Assembly: GCA_040285855.1 (NCBI GenBank)
Contig: JAUFOQ010000010.1
Location: forward strand, 620,001-684,000
Reading direction: 5' to 3'
DNA: 64,000 nt
Source: Eukaryota sp. GEM-RC1
Taxonomy: Eukaryota
The notes beneath the pieces were generated by a model, which saw nothing but the letters and a program-made list of their open reading frames with translations, ran no database searches and had not been told where the DNA came from. Both the position numbers and the translations under genes were made by a program. Of this stretch, positions 12,901 through 26,585 are shown piece by piece; the stretch's first letter is position 1; each line of letters starts with the position of its first letter.

Positions 12901-15900
12901 CACTACACAAGAATAGAATTCATTTCTAAAGATATTTTCCTCTGATAGAAAGATCACCCCATTATAAGTCACACATAAACAAATATCAAAGCAGTTTAGC
13001 AGTCGATCATACACAGATTGATTTTCAGTTTTACCCGGTAATTAAGACTCGTCATATCGAAAAGTTCATTTGCTATTGTTTTCAACAACACCACGTATTA
13101 AATGGTATCTGGAAATGATGTAACATTATACTACATGTTTTGAAATGATTCGAATCACCGACACAGTGTCTCGTTATTAACACGGTTGTATTTTTTCTCA
13201 AAAAACAGCTTAATTGTCCATGAGTTGAGTGATGCTTTGATTATTCTTAGTGATTTATAAGATGTACAGTATCCTTTTGTATCTACTCCAAAGATATTTT
13301 AGTCGTGGTAATTTATTAAATATTGGTCAAAATTAGGTTGTTCGTTAGATTCTGTTTTAGTGATCTGTGATTTAATTGGAAATCTTGTCACACAATTGTC
13401 CTAACATACAAAGTAGGTTTTTGTTTATCTTAAATTGAGTTTATTATCTAACATTATCTAAGCTTCTCTTTACTGGATATGGGTTCTATGAACCGGCTAG
13501 CATTTCCGATTTCTATCTACATTACAACTCAACTGATCCTGAAGGCGCTATTGCAATTGCTGAAGCTTTGAAGGTGAATTCTTCACTGTCTACGATTTTA
13601 TCTACGTAACAACTCAATTAACAGTCAAACACAACAATCATTAAAATCACTGCACAAGAATAGAATTCGTTTCTAAAGATATTTTCCTCTGATATAAAGA
13701 TCACCCCATTATAAGTCACACATGAACAAATATCAAAGCAGTTTAGCAGTCGATCATACACAGATTGATTTTCAGTTTTACCCGGTAATTAAGACTCGTC
13801 ATATCGAAAAGTTCATTTGCTATTGTTTTCAACAACACCACGTATTAAATGGTATCTGGAAATGATGTAACATTATACTACATGTTTTGAAATGATTCGA
13901 ATCACCGACACAGTGTCTCGTTATTAACACGGTTGTATTTTTTCTCAAAAAACAGCTTAATTGTCCATGAGTTGAGTGATGCTTTGATTATTCTTAGTGA
14001 TTTATAAGATGTACAGTATCCTTTTGTATCTACTCCAAAGATATTTTAGTCGTGGTAATTTATTAAATATTGGTCAAAATTAGGTTGTTCGTTAGATTCT
14101 GTTTTAGTGATCTGTGATTTAATTGGAAATCTTGTCACACAATTGTCCTAACATACAAAGTAGGTTTTTGTTTATCTTAAATTGAGTTTATTATCTAACA
14201 TTATCTAAGCTTCTCTTTACGGGATATGGGTTCTATGAACCGGCTAGAATTTCCGATTTCTATCTACATTACAACTCAACTGGTCCTGAAGGCGCTATTG
14301 CAATTGCTGAAGGTTTGAAGGTGAATTCTTCACTTTCTACGATCTATCTACGTAACAACTCAATTAACAGTCAAACACAACAATCATTAAAATCACTACA
14401 CAAGAATAGAATTCATTTCTAAAGATATTTTCCTCTGATAGAAAGATCACCCCATTATAAGTCACACATAAACAAATATCAAAGCAGTTTAGCAGTCGAT
14501 CATACACAGATTGATTTTCAGTTTTACCCGGTAATTAAGACTCGTCATATCGAAAAGTTCATTTGCTATTGTTTTCAACAACACCACGTATTAAATGGTA
14601 TCTGGAAATGATGTAACATTATACTACATGTTTTGAAATGATTCGAATCACCGACACAGTGTCTCGTTATTAACACGGTTGTATTTTTTCTCAAAAAACA
14701 GCTTAATTGTCGTTATGTTGAGTGATGCTTTGATTATTCTTAGTGATTTATAAGATGTACAGTATCCTTTTGTATCTATTCCAAAGATATTTTAGTCATG
14801 GTAATTTATTGAATATTGGTCAAAATTAGGTTATTCGTTAGATTCTGTTTTAGTGATCTGTAATTTAATTGGAAATCTTGTCACACAATTGTCTTAACAT
14901 ACAAAGTAGGTTTTTGTTTATCTTAAATTGAGTATATTATCTAACATTATCTAAGCTTCTCTTTACGGGATATGGGTTCTATGAACCGGCTAGAATTTCC
15001 GATTTCTATCTACATTACAACTCAACTGGTCCTGAAGGCGCTATTGCAATTGCTGAAGGTTTGAAGGTGAATTCTTCACTTTCTACGATCTATCTACGTA
15101 ACAACTCAATTAACAGTCAAACACAACAATCATTAAAATCACTACACAAGAATAGAATTCATTTCTAAAGATATTTTCCTCTGATAGAAAGATCACCCCA
15201 TTATAAGTCACACATAAACAAATATCAAAGCAGTTTAGCAGTCGATCATACACAGATTGATTTTCAGTTTTACCCGGTAATTAAGACTCGTCATATCGAA
15301 AAGTTCATTTGCTATTGTTTTCAACAACACCACGTATTAAATGGTATCTGGAAATGATGTAACATTATACTACATGTTTTGAAATGATTCGAATCACCGA
15401 CACAGTGTCTCGTTATTAACACGGTTGTATTTTTTCTCAAAAAACAGCTTAATTGTCCATGAGTTGAGTGATGCTTTGATTATTCTTAGTGATTTATAAG
15501 ATGTACAGTATCCTTTTGTATCTACTCCAAAGATATTTTAGTCGTGGTAATTTATTAAATATTGGTCAAAATTAGGTTGTTCGTTAGATTCTGTTTTAGT
15601 GATCTGTGATTTAATTGGAAATCTTGTCACACAATTGTCCTAACATACAAAGTAGGTTTTTGTTTATCTTAAATTGAGTTTATTATCTAACATTATCTAA
15701 GCTTCTCTTTACTGGATATGGGTTCTATGAACCGGCTAGCATTTCCGATTTCTATCTACATTACAACTCAACTGGTCCTGAAGGCGCTATTGCAATTGCT
15801 GAAGCTTTGAAGGTGAATTCTTCACTGTCTACGATTTATCTACGTAACAACTCAATTAACAGTCAAACACAACAATCATTAAAATCACTACACAAGAATA

Positions 15901-17406
15901 GAATTCATTTCTAAAGATATTTTCCTCTGATAGAAAGATCACCCCATTATAAGTCACACATAAACAAATATCAAAGCAGTTTAGCAGTCGATCATACACA
16001 GATTGATTTTCAGTTTTACCCGGTAATTAAGACTCGTCATATCGAAAAGTTCATTTGCTATTGTTTTCAACAACACCACGTATTAAATGGTATCTGGAAA
16101 TGATGTAACATTATACTACATGTTTTGAAATGATTCGAATCACCGACACAGTGTCTCGTTATTAACACGGTTGTATTTTTTCTCAAAAAACAGCTTAATT
16201 GTCCATGAGTTGAGTGATGCTTTGATTATTCTTAGTGATTTATAAGATGTACAGTATCCTTTTGTATCTACTCCAAAGATATTTTAGTCGTGGTAATTTA
16301 TTAAATATTGGTCAAAATTAGGTTGTTCGTTAGATTCTGTTTTAGTGATCTGTGATTTAATTGGAAATCTTGTCACACAATTGTCCTAACATACAAAGTA
16401 GGTTTTTGTTTATCTTAAATTGAGTTTATTATCTAACATTATCTAAGCTTCTCTTTACTGGATATGGGTTCTATGAACCGGCTAGCATTTCCGATTTCTA
16501 TCTACATTACAACTCAACTGGTCCTGAAGGCGCTATTGCAATTGCTGAAGCTTTGAAGGTGAATTCTTCACTGTCTACGATTTATCTACGTAACAACTCA
16601 ATTAACAGTCAAACACAACAATCATTAAAATCACTACACAAGAATAGAATTCATTTCTTAAGATATTTTCCTCTGATAGAAAGATCACCCCATTATAAGT
16701 CACACATAAACAAATATCAAAGCAGTTTAGCAGTCGATCATACACAGATTGATTTTCAGTTTTACCCGGTAATTAAGACTCGTCATATCGAAAAGTTCAT
16801 TTGCTATTGTTTTCAACAACACCACGTATTAAATGGTATCTGGAAATGATGTAACATTATACTACATGTTTTGAAATGATTCGAATCACCGACACAGTGT
16901 CTCGTTATTAACACGGTTGTATTTTTTCTCAAAAAACAGCTTAATTGTCCATGAGTTGAGTGATGCTTTGATTATTCTTAGTGATTTATAAGATGTACAG
17001 TATCCTTTTGTATCTACTCCAAAGATATTTTAGTCGTGGTAATTTATTAAATATTGGTCAAAATTAGGTTGTTCGTTAGATTCTGTTTTAGTGATCTGTG
17101 ATTTAATTGGAAATCTTGTCACACAATTGTCCTAACATACAAAGTAGGTTTTTGTTTATCTTAAATTGAGTTTATTATCTAACATTATCTAAGCTTCTCT
17201 TTACTGGATATGGGTTCTATGAACCGGCTAGCATTTCCGATTTCTATCTACATTACAACTCAACTGGTCCTGAAGGCGCTATTGCAATTGCTGAAGCTTT
17301 GAAGGTGAATTCTTCACTGTCTACGATTTATCTACGTAACAACTCAATTAACAGTCAAACACAACAATCATTAAAATCACTACACAAGAATAGAATTCAT
17401 TTCTAA
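6963..17406 (+). repeat. Run of 14 minimal ~746-bp units (units 7-20): leader half-module plus terminal module and cap only
   Basis: Each reads ...FYLHYNSTGPEGAIAIAE(A/G)LKVNSSLSTIYLRNNSINSQTQQSLKSLHKNRIHF. Unit 15 has a 1-nt insertion near 13599. Other minimal units are 3, 4, 22, 23 and 24. Confidence 0.95.
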
Positions 17407-17939
17407 AGATATTTTCCTCTGATAGAAAGATCACCCCATTATAAGTCACACATAAACAAATATCAAAGCAGTTTAGCAGTCGATCATACACAGATTGATT
17501 TTCAGTTTTACCCGGTAATTAAGACTCGTCATATCGAAAAGTTCATTTGCTATTGTTTTCAACAACACCACGTATTAAATGGTATCTGGAAATGATGTAA
17601 CATTATACTACATGTTTTGAAATGATTCGCATCACCGACACAGTGTCTCGTTATTAACACGGTTGTATTTTTTCTCAAAAAACAGCTTAATTGTCGTTAT
17701 GTTGAGTGATGCTTTGATTATTCTTAGTGATTTATAAGATGTACAGTATCCTTTTGTATCTATTCCAAAGATATTTTAGTCATGGTAATTTATTGAATAT
17801 TGGTCAAAATTAGGTTATTCGTTAGATTCTGTTTTAGTGATCTGTAATTTAATTGGAAATCTTGTCACACAATTGTCTTAACATACAAAGTAGGTTTTTG
17901 TTTATCTTAAATTGAGTTTATTATCTAACATTATCTAAG

Positions 17940-18404
17940 CTTCTCTTTACGGGATATGGGTTCTATGAACCGGCTAGAATTTCCGATTTCTATCTACATT
18001 ACAACTCAACTGGTCCTGAAGGCGCTATTGCAATTGCTGAAGGTTTGAAGGTGAATTCTTCACTTTCTACGATCTATCTATATAACAACTCAATTGGTAC
18101 TGAAGGCGCTATTGCAATTGCTGAAGCTTTGAAGGTGAATTCTTCACTTTCTATGATCGATCTACGTAACAACTCAATTGGTCCTGAAGGCGCTATTGCA
18201 ATTGCTGAAGCTTTGAAGGTGAATTCGTCTGTTTCTACGATCAATCTAAATAACAACTCAATTGGTAATGAAGGCGCTATTGCAATTGCTGAAGGTTTGA
18301 AGGTGAATTCGTCTGTTTCTTCGATTTATCTACATGGCAACTCAATTAACAGTCAAACACAACAGTCGTTAAAATCACTGCACAAGAATAGAATTCATTT
18401 CTAA
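17940..18404 (+). CDS. LRR cassette, unit 21 (3 extra modules)
   Basis: ORF track 18045-18404, 119 aa = 35 + 3x28. Confidence 0.65.
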   Translation, partial: LLFTGYGFYEPARISDFYLHYNSTGPEGAIAIAEGLKVNSSLSTIYLYNNSIGTEGAIAIAEALKVNSSLSMIDLRNNSIGPEGAIAIAEALKVNSSVSTINLNNNSIGNEGAIAIAEGLKVNSSVSSIYLHGNSINSQTQQSLKSLHKNRIHF

Positions 18405-21175
18405 AGATATTTTCCTCTGATATAAAGATCAGCCCATTATAAGTCACACATAAACAAATATCAAAGCAGTTTAGCAGTCGATCATACACAGATTGATTTT
18501 CAGTTTTACCCGGTAATTAAGACTCGTCATATCGAAAAGTTCATTTGCTATTGTTTTCAACAACACCACGTATTAAATGGTATCTGGAAATGATGTAACA
18601 TTATACTACATGTTTTGAAATGATTCGAATCACCGACACAGTGTCTCGTTATTAACACGGTTGTATTTTTTCTCAAAAAACAGCTTAATTGTCCATGAGT
18701 TGAGTGATGCTTTGATTATTCTTAGTGATTTATAAGATGTACAGTATCCTTTTGTATCTACTCCAAAGATATTTTAGTCGTGGTAATTTATTAAATATTG
18801 GTCAAAATTAGGTTGTTCGTTAGATTCTGTTTTAGTGATCTGTGATTTAATTGGAAATCTTGTCACACAATTGTCCTAACATACAAAGTAGGTTTTTGTT
18901 TATCTTAAATTGAGTTTATTATCTAACATTATCTAAGCTTCTCTTTACTGGATATGGGTTCTATGAACCGGCTAGCATTTCCGATTTCTATCTACATTAC
19001 AACTCAACTGGTCCTGAAGGCGCTATTGCAATTGCTGAAGCTTTGAAGGTGAATTCTTCACTGTCTACGATTTATCTACGTAACAACTCAATTAACAGTC
19101 AAACACAACAATCATTAAAATCACTACACAAGAATAGAATTCATTTCTAAAGATATTTTCCTCTGATAGAAAGATCACCCCATTATAAGTCACACATAAA
19201 CAAATATCAAAGCAGTTTAGCAGTCGATCATACACAGATTGATTTTCAGTTTTACCCGGTAATTAAGACTCGTCATATCGAAAAGTTCATTTGCTATTGT
19301 TTTCAACAACACCACGTATTAAATGGTATCTGGAAATGATGTAACATTATACTACATGTTTTGAAATGATTCGAATCACCGACACAGTGTCTCGTTATTA
19401 ACACGGTTGTATTTTTTCTCAAAAAACAGCTTAATTGTCCATGAGTTGAGTGATGCTTTGATTATTCTTAGTGATTTATAAGATGTACAGTATCCTTTTG
19501 TATCTACTCCAAAGATATTTTAGTCGTGGTAATTTATTAAATATTGGTCAAAATTAGGTTGTTCGTTAGATTCTGTTTTAGTGATCTGTGATTTAATTGG
19601 AAATCTTGTCACACAATTGTCCTAACATACAAAGTAGGTTTTTGTTTGTCTTAAATTGAGTTTATTATCTAACATTATCTAAGCTTCTCTTTACTGGATA
19701 TGGGTTCTATGAACCGGCTAGCATTTCCGATTTCTATCTACATTACAACTCAACTGGTCCTGAAGGCGCTATTGCAATTGCTGAAGCTTTGAAGGTGAAT
19801 TCTTCACTGTCTACGATTTATCTACGTAACAACTCAATTAACAGTCAAACACAACAATCATTAAAATCACTACACAAGAATAGAATTCATTTCTAAAGAT
19901 ATTTTCCTCTGATAGAAAGATCACCCCATTATAAGTCACACATAAACAAATATCAAAGCAGTTTAGCAGTCGATCATACACAGATTGATTTTCAGTTTTA
20001 CCCGGTAATTAAGACTCGTCATATCGAAAAGTTCATTTGCTATTGTTTTCAACAACACCACGTATTAAATGGTATCTGGAAATGATGTAACATTATACTA
20101 CATGTTTTGAAATGATTCGAATCACCGACACAGTGTCTCGTTATTAACACGGTTGTATTTTTTCTCAAAAAACAGCTTAATTGTCCATGAGTTGAGTGAT
20201 GCTTTGATTATTCTTAGTGATTTATAAGATGTACAGTATCCTTTTGTATCTACTCCAAAGATATTTTAGTCGTGGTAATTTATTAAATATTGGTCAAAAT
20301 TAGGTTGTTCGTTAGATTCTGTTTTAGTGATCTGTGATTTAATTGGAAATCTTGTCACACAATTGTCCTAACATACAAAGTAGGTTTTTGTTTATCTTAA
20401 ATTGAGTTTATTATCTAACATTATCTAAGCTTCTCTTTACTGGATATGGGTTCTATGAACCGGCTAGCATTTCCGATTTCTATCTACATTACAACTCAAC
20501 TGATCCTGAAGGCGCTATTGCAATTGCTGAAGCTTTGAAGGTGAATTCTTCACTGTCTACGATTTATCTACGTAACAACTCAATTAACAGTCAAACACAA
20601 CAATCATTAAAATCACTACACAAGAATAGAATTCATTTCTAAAGATATTTTCCTCTGATAGAAAGATCACCCCATTATAAGTCACACATAAACAAATATC
20701 AAAGCAGTTTAGCAGTCGATCATACACAGATTGATTTTCAGTTTTACCCGGTAATTAAGACTCGTCATATCGAAAAGTTCATTTGCTATTGTTTTCAACA
20801 ACACCACGTATTAAATGGTATCTGGAAATGATGTAACATTATACTACATGTTTTGAAATGATTCGAATCACCGACACAGTGTCTCGTTATTAACACGGTT
20901 GTATTTTTTCTCAAAAAACAGCTTAATTGTCGTTATGTTGAGTGATGCTTTGATTATTCTTAGTGATTTATAAGATGTACAGTATCCTTTTGTATCTATT
21001 CCAAAGATATTTTAGTCATGGTAATTTATTGAATATTGGTCAAAATTAGGTTATTCGTTAGATTCTGTTTTAGTGATCTGTAATTTAATTGGAAATCTTG
21101 TCACACAATTGTCTTAACATACAAAGTAGGTTTTTGTTTATCTTAAATTGAGTTTATTATCTAACATTATCTAAG

Positions 21176-21640
21176 CTTCTCTTTACGGGATATGGGTTCT
21201 ATGAACCGGCTAGAATTTCCGATTTCTATCTACATTACAACTCAACTGGTCCTGAAGGCGCTATTGCAATTGCTGAAGGTTTGAAGGTGAATTCTTCACT
21301 TTCTACGATCTATCTATATAACAACTCATTTGGTACTGAAGGCGCTATTGCAATTGCTGAAGCTTTGAAGGTGAATTCTTCACTTTCTATGATCGATCTA
21401 CGTAACAACTCAATTGGTCCTGAAGGCGCTATTGCAATTGCTGAAGCTTTGAAGGTGAATTCGTCTGTTTCTACGATCAATCTAAATAACAACTCAATTG
21501 GTAATGAAGGCGCTATTGCAATTGCTGAAGGTTTGAAGGTGAATTCGTCTGTTTCTTCGATTTATCTACATAGCAACTCAATTAACAGTCAAACACAACA
21601 GTCGTTAAAATCACTGCACAAGAATAGAATTCATTTCTAA
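21176..21640 (+). CDS. LRR cassette, unit 25 (3 extra modules)
   Basis: ORF track 21281-21640. Confidence 0.65.
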   Translation, partial: LLFTGYGFYEPARISDFYLHYNSTGPEGAIAIAEGLKVNSSLSTIYLYNNSFGTEGAIAIAEALKVNSSLSMIDLRNNSIGPEGAIAIAEALKVNSSVSTINLNNNSIGNEGAIAIAEGLKVNSSVSSIYLHSNSINSQTQQSLKSLHKNRIHF

Positions 21641-22173
21641 AGATATTTTCCTCTGATATAAAGATCACCCCATTATAAGTCACACATAAACAAATATCAA
21701 AGCAGTTTAGCAGTCGATCATACACAGATTGATTTTCAGTTTTACCCGGTAATTAAGACTCGTCATATCGAAAAGTTCATTTGCTATTGTTTTCAACAAC
21801 ACCACGTATTAAATGGTATCTGGAAATGATGTAACATTATACTACATGTTTTGAAATGATTCGAATCACCGACACAATGTCTCGTTATTAACACGGTTGT
21901 ATTTTTTCTCAAAAAACAGCTTAATTGTCGTTATGTTGAGTGATGCTTTGATTATTCTTAGTGATTTATAAGATGTACAGTATCCTTTTGTATCTACTCC
22001 AAAGATATTTTAGTCATGGTAATTTATTAAATATTGGTCAAAATTAGGTTGTTCGTTAGATTCTGTTTTAGTGATCTGTGATTTAATTGGAAATCTTGTC
22101 ACACAATTGTCCTAACATACAAAGTAGGTTTTTGTTTATCTTAAATTGAGTTTATTATCTAACATTATCTAAG

Positions 22174-23058
22174 CTTCTCTTTACGGGATATGGGTTCTAT
22201 GAACCGGCTAGCATTTCCGATTTCTATCTACATTACAACTCAACTGGTCCTGAAGGCGCTATTGCAATTGCTGAAGCTTTGAAGGTGAATTCGTTTGTTT
22301 CTACGATTGTTCTAGGTAACAACTCAATTGGTCCTGAAGGCGCTATTGCAATTGCTGAAGCTTTGAAGGTGAATTCGTCTGTTTCTTCGATTTATCTATA
22401 TAACAACTCAATTGGTCCTGAAGGTGCTATTGCAATTGCTGAAGCTTTGAAGGTGAATTCGTCTGTTTCTACGATCGATCTATTTAGCAACTCAATTGGT
22501 AATGAAGGCGCTATTGCAATTGCTGAAGCTTTGAAAGTGAATTCGTCTGTTTCTTCGATTTATCTATATAACAACTCAATTGGTAATGAAGGCGCTATTG
22601 CAATTGCTGCAGCTTTGAAAGTGAATTCGTCTGTTTCTTCGATTTATCTATATAACAACTCAATTGGTAATGAAGGCGCTATTGCAATTGCTGCAGCTTT
22701 GAAAGTGAATTCGTCTGTTTCTTCGATTTATCTATATAACAACTCAATTGGTAATGAAGGCGCTATTGCAATTGCTGAAGCTTTGAAGGTGAATTCTTCA
22801 GTTTCTACGATCAATCTACATAGCAACTCAATTGGTCCTGAAGGCGCTATTGCAATTGCTGAAGCTTTGAAGGTGAATTCGTCTGTTTCTACGATCAATC
22901 TAAATAACAACTCAATTGGTAATGAAGGCGCTATTGCAATTGCTGAAGGTTTGAAGGTGAATTCGTCTGTTTCTTCGATTTATCTACATAGCAACTCAAT
23001 TAACAGTCAAACACAACAGTCGTTAAAATCACTGCACAAGAATAGAATTCATTTCTAA
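22174..23058 (+). CDS. LRR cassette, unit 26 (8 extra modules, distinctive module set)
   Basis: ORF track 22279-23058, 259 aa. Includes STIVLGN, STIDLFS and SSIYLYN modules. Confidence 0.7.
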   Translation, partial: LLFTGYGFYEPASISDFYLHYNSTGPEGAIAIAEALKVNSFVSTIVLGNNSIGPEGAIAIAEALKVNSSVSSIYLYNNSIGPEGAIAIAEALKVNSSVSTIDLFSNSIGNEGAIAIAEALKVNSSVSSIYLYNNSIGNEGAIAIAAALKVNSSVSSIYLYNNSIGNEGAIAIAAALKVNSSVSSIYLYNNSIGNEGAIAIAEALKVNSSVSTINLHSNSIGPEGAIAIAEALKVNSSVSTINLNNNSIGNEGAIAIAEGLKVNSSVSSIYLHSNSINSQTQQSLKSLHKNRIHF

Positions 23059-23591
23059 AGATATTTTCCTCTGATATAAAGATCACCCCATTATAAGTCA
23101 CACATAAACAAATATCAAAGCAGTTTAGCAGTCGATCATACACAGATTGATTTTCAGTTTTACCCGGTAATTAAGACTCGTCATATCGAAAAGTTCATTT
23201 GCTATTGTTTTCAACAACACCACGTATTAAATGGTATCTGGAAATGATGTAACATTATACTACATGTTTTGAAATGATTCGAATCACCGACACAGTGTCT
23301 CGTTATTAACACGGTTGTATTTTTTCTCAAAAAACAGCTTAATTGTCGTTATGTTGAGTGATGCTTTGATTATTCTTAGTGATTTATAAGATGTACAGTA
23401 TCCTTTTGTATCTATTCCAAAGATATTTTAGTCATGGTAATTTATTGAATATTGGTCAAAATTAGGTTATTCGTTAGATTCTGTTTTAGTGATCTGTAAT
23501 TTAATTGGAAATCTTGTCACACAATTGTCTTAACATACAAAGTAGGTTTTTGTTTATCTTAAATTGAGTTTATTATCTAACATTATCTAAG

Positions 23592-24056
23592 CTTCTCTTT
23601 ACGGGATATGGGTTCTATGAACCGGCTAGAATTTCCGATTTCTATCTACATTACAACTCAACTGGTCCTGAAGGCGCTATTGCAATTGCTGAAGGTTTGA
23701 AGGTGAATTCTTCACTTTCTACGATCTATCTATATAACAACTCAATTGGTACTGAAGGCGCTATTGCAATTGCTGAAGCTTTGAAGGTGAATTCTTCACT
23801 TTCTATGATCGATCTACGTAACAACTCAATTGGTCCTGAAGGCGCTATTGCAATTGCTGAAGCTTTGAAGGTGAATTCGTCTGTTTCTACGATCAATCTA
23901 GGTAACAACTCAATTGGTAATGAAGGCGCTATTGCAATTGCTGAAGCTTTGAAGGTGAATTCGTCTGTTTCTTCGATTTATCTACATAGCAACTCAATTA
24001 ACAGTCAAACACAACAGTCGTTAAAATCACTACACAAGAATAGAATTCATTTCTAA
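23592..24056 (+). CDS. LRR cassette, unit 27 (3 extra modules)
   Basis: ORF track 23697-24056. Confidence 0.65.
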   Translation, partial: LLFTGYGFYEPARISDFYLHYNSTGPEGAIAIAEGLKVNSSLSTIYLYNNSIGTEGAIAIAEALKVNSSLSMIDLRNNSIGPEGAIAIAEALKVNSSVSTINLGNNSIGNEGAIAIAEALKVNSSVSSIYLHSNSINSQTQQSLKSLHKNRIHF

Positions 24057-24589
24057 AGATATTTTCCTCTGATATAAAGATCACCCCATTATAAGTCACA
24101 CATAAACAAATATCAAAGCAGTTTAGCAGTCGATCATACACAGATTGATTTTCAGTTTTACCCGGTAATTAAGACTCGTCATATCGAAAAGTTCATTTGC
24201 TATTGTTTTCAACAACACCACGTATTAAATGGTATCTGGAAATGATGTAACATTATACTACATGTTTTGAAATGATTCGAATCACCGACACAGTGTCTCG
24301 TTATTAACACGGTTGTATTTTTTCTCAAAAAACAGCTTAATTGTCGTTATGTTGAGTGATGCTTTGATTATTCTTAGTGATTTATAAGATGTACAGTATC
24401 CTTTTGTATCTATTCCAAAGATATTTTAGTCATGGTAATTTATTGAATATTGGTCAAAATTAGGTTATTCGTTAGATTCTGTTTTAGTGATCTGTAATTT
24501 AATTGGAAATCTTGTCACACAATTGTCTTAACATACAAAGTAGGTTTTTGTTTATCTTAAATTGAGTTTATTATCTAACATTATCTAAG

Positions 24590-25054
24590 CTTCTCTTTAC
24601 GGGATATGGGTTCTATAAACCGGCTAGAATTTCCGATTTCTATCTACATTACAACTCAACTGGTCCTGAAGGCGCTATTGCAATTGCTGAAAGTTTGAAG
24701 GTGAATTCTTCACTTTCTACGATCTATCTATATAACAACTCAATTGGTACTGAAGGCGCTATTGCAATTGCTGAAGCTTTGAAGGTGAATTCTTCACTTT
24801 CTATGATCGATCTACGTAACAACTCAATTGGTCCTGAAGGCGCTATTGCAATTGCTGAAGCTTTGAAGGTGAATTCGTCTGTTTCTACGATCAATCTAGG
24901 TAACAACTCAATTGGTAATGAAGGCGCTATTGCAATTGCTGAAGGTTTGAAGGTGAATTCGTCTGTTTCTTCGATTTATCTACATAGCAACTCAATTAAC
25001 AGTCAAACACAACAGTCGTTAAAATCACTACACAAGAATAGAATTCATTTCTAA
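24590..25054 (+). CDS. LRR cassette, unit 28 (3 extra modules)
   Basis: ORF track 24695-25054. Confidence 0.65.
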   Translation, partial: LLFTGYGFYKPARISDFYLHYNSTGPEGAIAIAESLKVNSSLSTIYLYNNSIGTEGAIAIAEALKVNSSLSMIDLRNNSIGPEGAIAIAEALKVNSSVSTINLGNNSIGNEGAIAIAEGLKVNSSVSSIYLHSNSINSQTQQSLKSLHKNRIHF

Positions 25055-25587
25055 AGATATTTTCCTCTGATATAAAGATCACCCCATTATAAGTCACACA
25101 TAAACAAATATCAAAGCAGTTTAGCAGTCGATCATACACAGATTGATTTTCAGTTTTACCCGGTAATTAAGACTCGTCATATCGAAAAGTTCATTTGCTA
25201 TTGTTTTCAACAACACCACGTATTAAATGGTATCTGGAAATGATGTAACATTATACTACATGTTTTGAAATGATTCGAATCACCGACACAGTGTCTCGTT
25301 ATTAACACGGTTGTATTTTTTCTCAAAAAACAGCTTAATTGTCGTTATGTTGAGTGATGCTTTGATTATTCTTAGTGATTTATAAGATGTACAGTATCCT
25401 TTTGTATCTATTCCAAAGATATTTTAGTCATGGTAATTTATTGAATATTGGTCAAAATTAGGTTATTCGTTAGATTCTGTTTTAGTGATCTGTAATTTAA
25501 TTGGAAATCTTGTCACACAATTGTCTTAACATACAAAGTAGGTTTTTGTTTATCTTAAATTGAGTTTATTATCTAACATTATCTAAG

Positions 25588-26052
25588 CTTCTCTTTACGG
25601 GATATGGGTTCTATGAACCGGCTAGAATTTCCGATTTCTATCTACATTACAACTCAACTGGTCCTGAAGGCGCTATTGCAATTGCTGAAGGTTTGAAGGT
25701 GAATTCTTCACTTTCTACGATCTATCTATATAACAACTCAATTGGTACTGAAGGCGCTATTGCAATTGCTGAAGCTTTGAAGGTGAATTCGTCTGTTTCT
25801 ACGATCAATCTAGGTAACAACTCAATTGGTCCTGAAGGCGCTATTGCAATTGCTGAAGCTTTGAAGGTGAATTCGTCTGTTTCTACGATCAATCTAGGTA
25901 ACAACTCAATTGGTAATGAAGGCGCTATTGCAATTGCTGAAGCTTTGAAGGTGAATTCGTCTGTTTCTTCGATTTATCTACATAGCAACTCAATTAACAG
26001 TCAAACACAACAGTCGTTAAAATCACTACACAAGAATAGAATTCATTTCTAA
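25588..26052 (+). CDS. LRR cassette, unit 29 (3 extra modules)
   Basis: ORF track 25693-26052. Confidence 0.65.
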   Translation, partial: LLFTGYGFYEPARISDFYLHYNSTGPEGAIAIAEGLKVNSSLSTIYLYNNSIGTEGAIAIAEALKVNSSVSTINLGNNSIGPEGAIAIAEALKVNSSVSTINLGNNSIGNEGAIAIAEALKVNSSVSSIYLHSNSINSQTQQSLKSLHKNRIHF

Positions 26053-26585
26053 AGATATTTTCCTCTGATATAAAGATCACCCCATTATAAGTCACACATA
26101 AACAAATATCAAAGCAGTTTAGCAGTCGATCATACACAGATTGATTTTCAGTTTTACCCGGTAATTAAGACTCGTCATATCGAAAAGTTCATTTGCTATT
26201 GTTTTCAACAACACCACGTATTAAATGGTATCTGGAAATGATGTAACATTATACTACATGTTTTGAAATGATTCGAATCACCGACACAGTGTCTCGTTAT
26301 TAACACGGTTGTATTTTTTCTCAAAAAACAGCTTAATTGTCGTTATGTTGAGTGATGCTTTGATTATTCTTAGTGATTTATAAGATGTACAGTATCCTTT
26401 TGTATCTATTCCAAAGATATTTTAGTCATGGTAATTTATTGAATATTGGTCAAAATTAGGTTATTCGTTAGATTCTGTTTTAGTGATCTGTAATTTAATT
26501 GGAAATCTTGTCACACAATTGTCTTAACATACAAAGTAGGTTTTTGTTTATCTTAAATTGAGTTTATTATCTAACATTATCTAAG

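Noticed and set aside
559..25904. Minus-strand ORFs MLPRLIEKTDEFTFKASAIAIAP... (also 28654-28905, 42047-42721, 52859-53854)
   Set aside because: Antisense shadows of the repetitive LRR frames.
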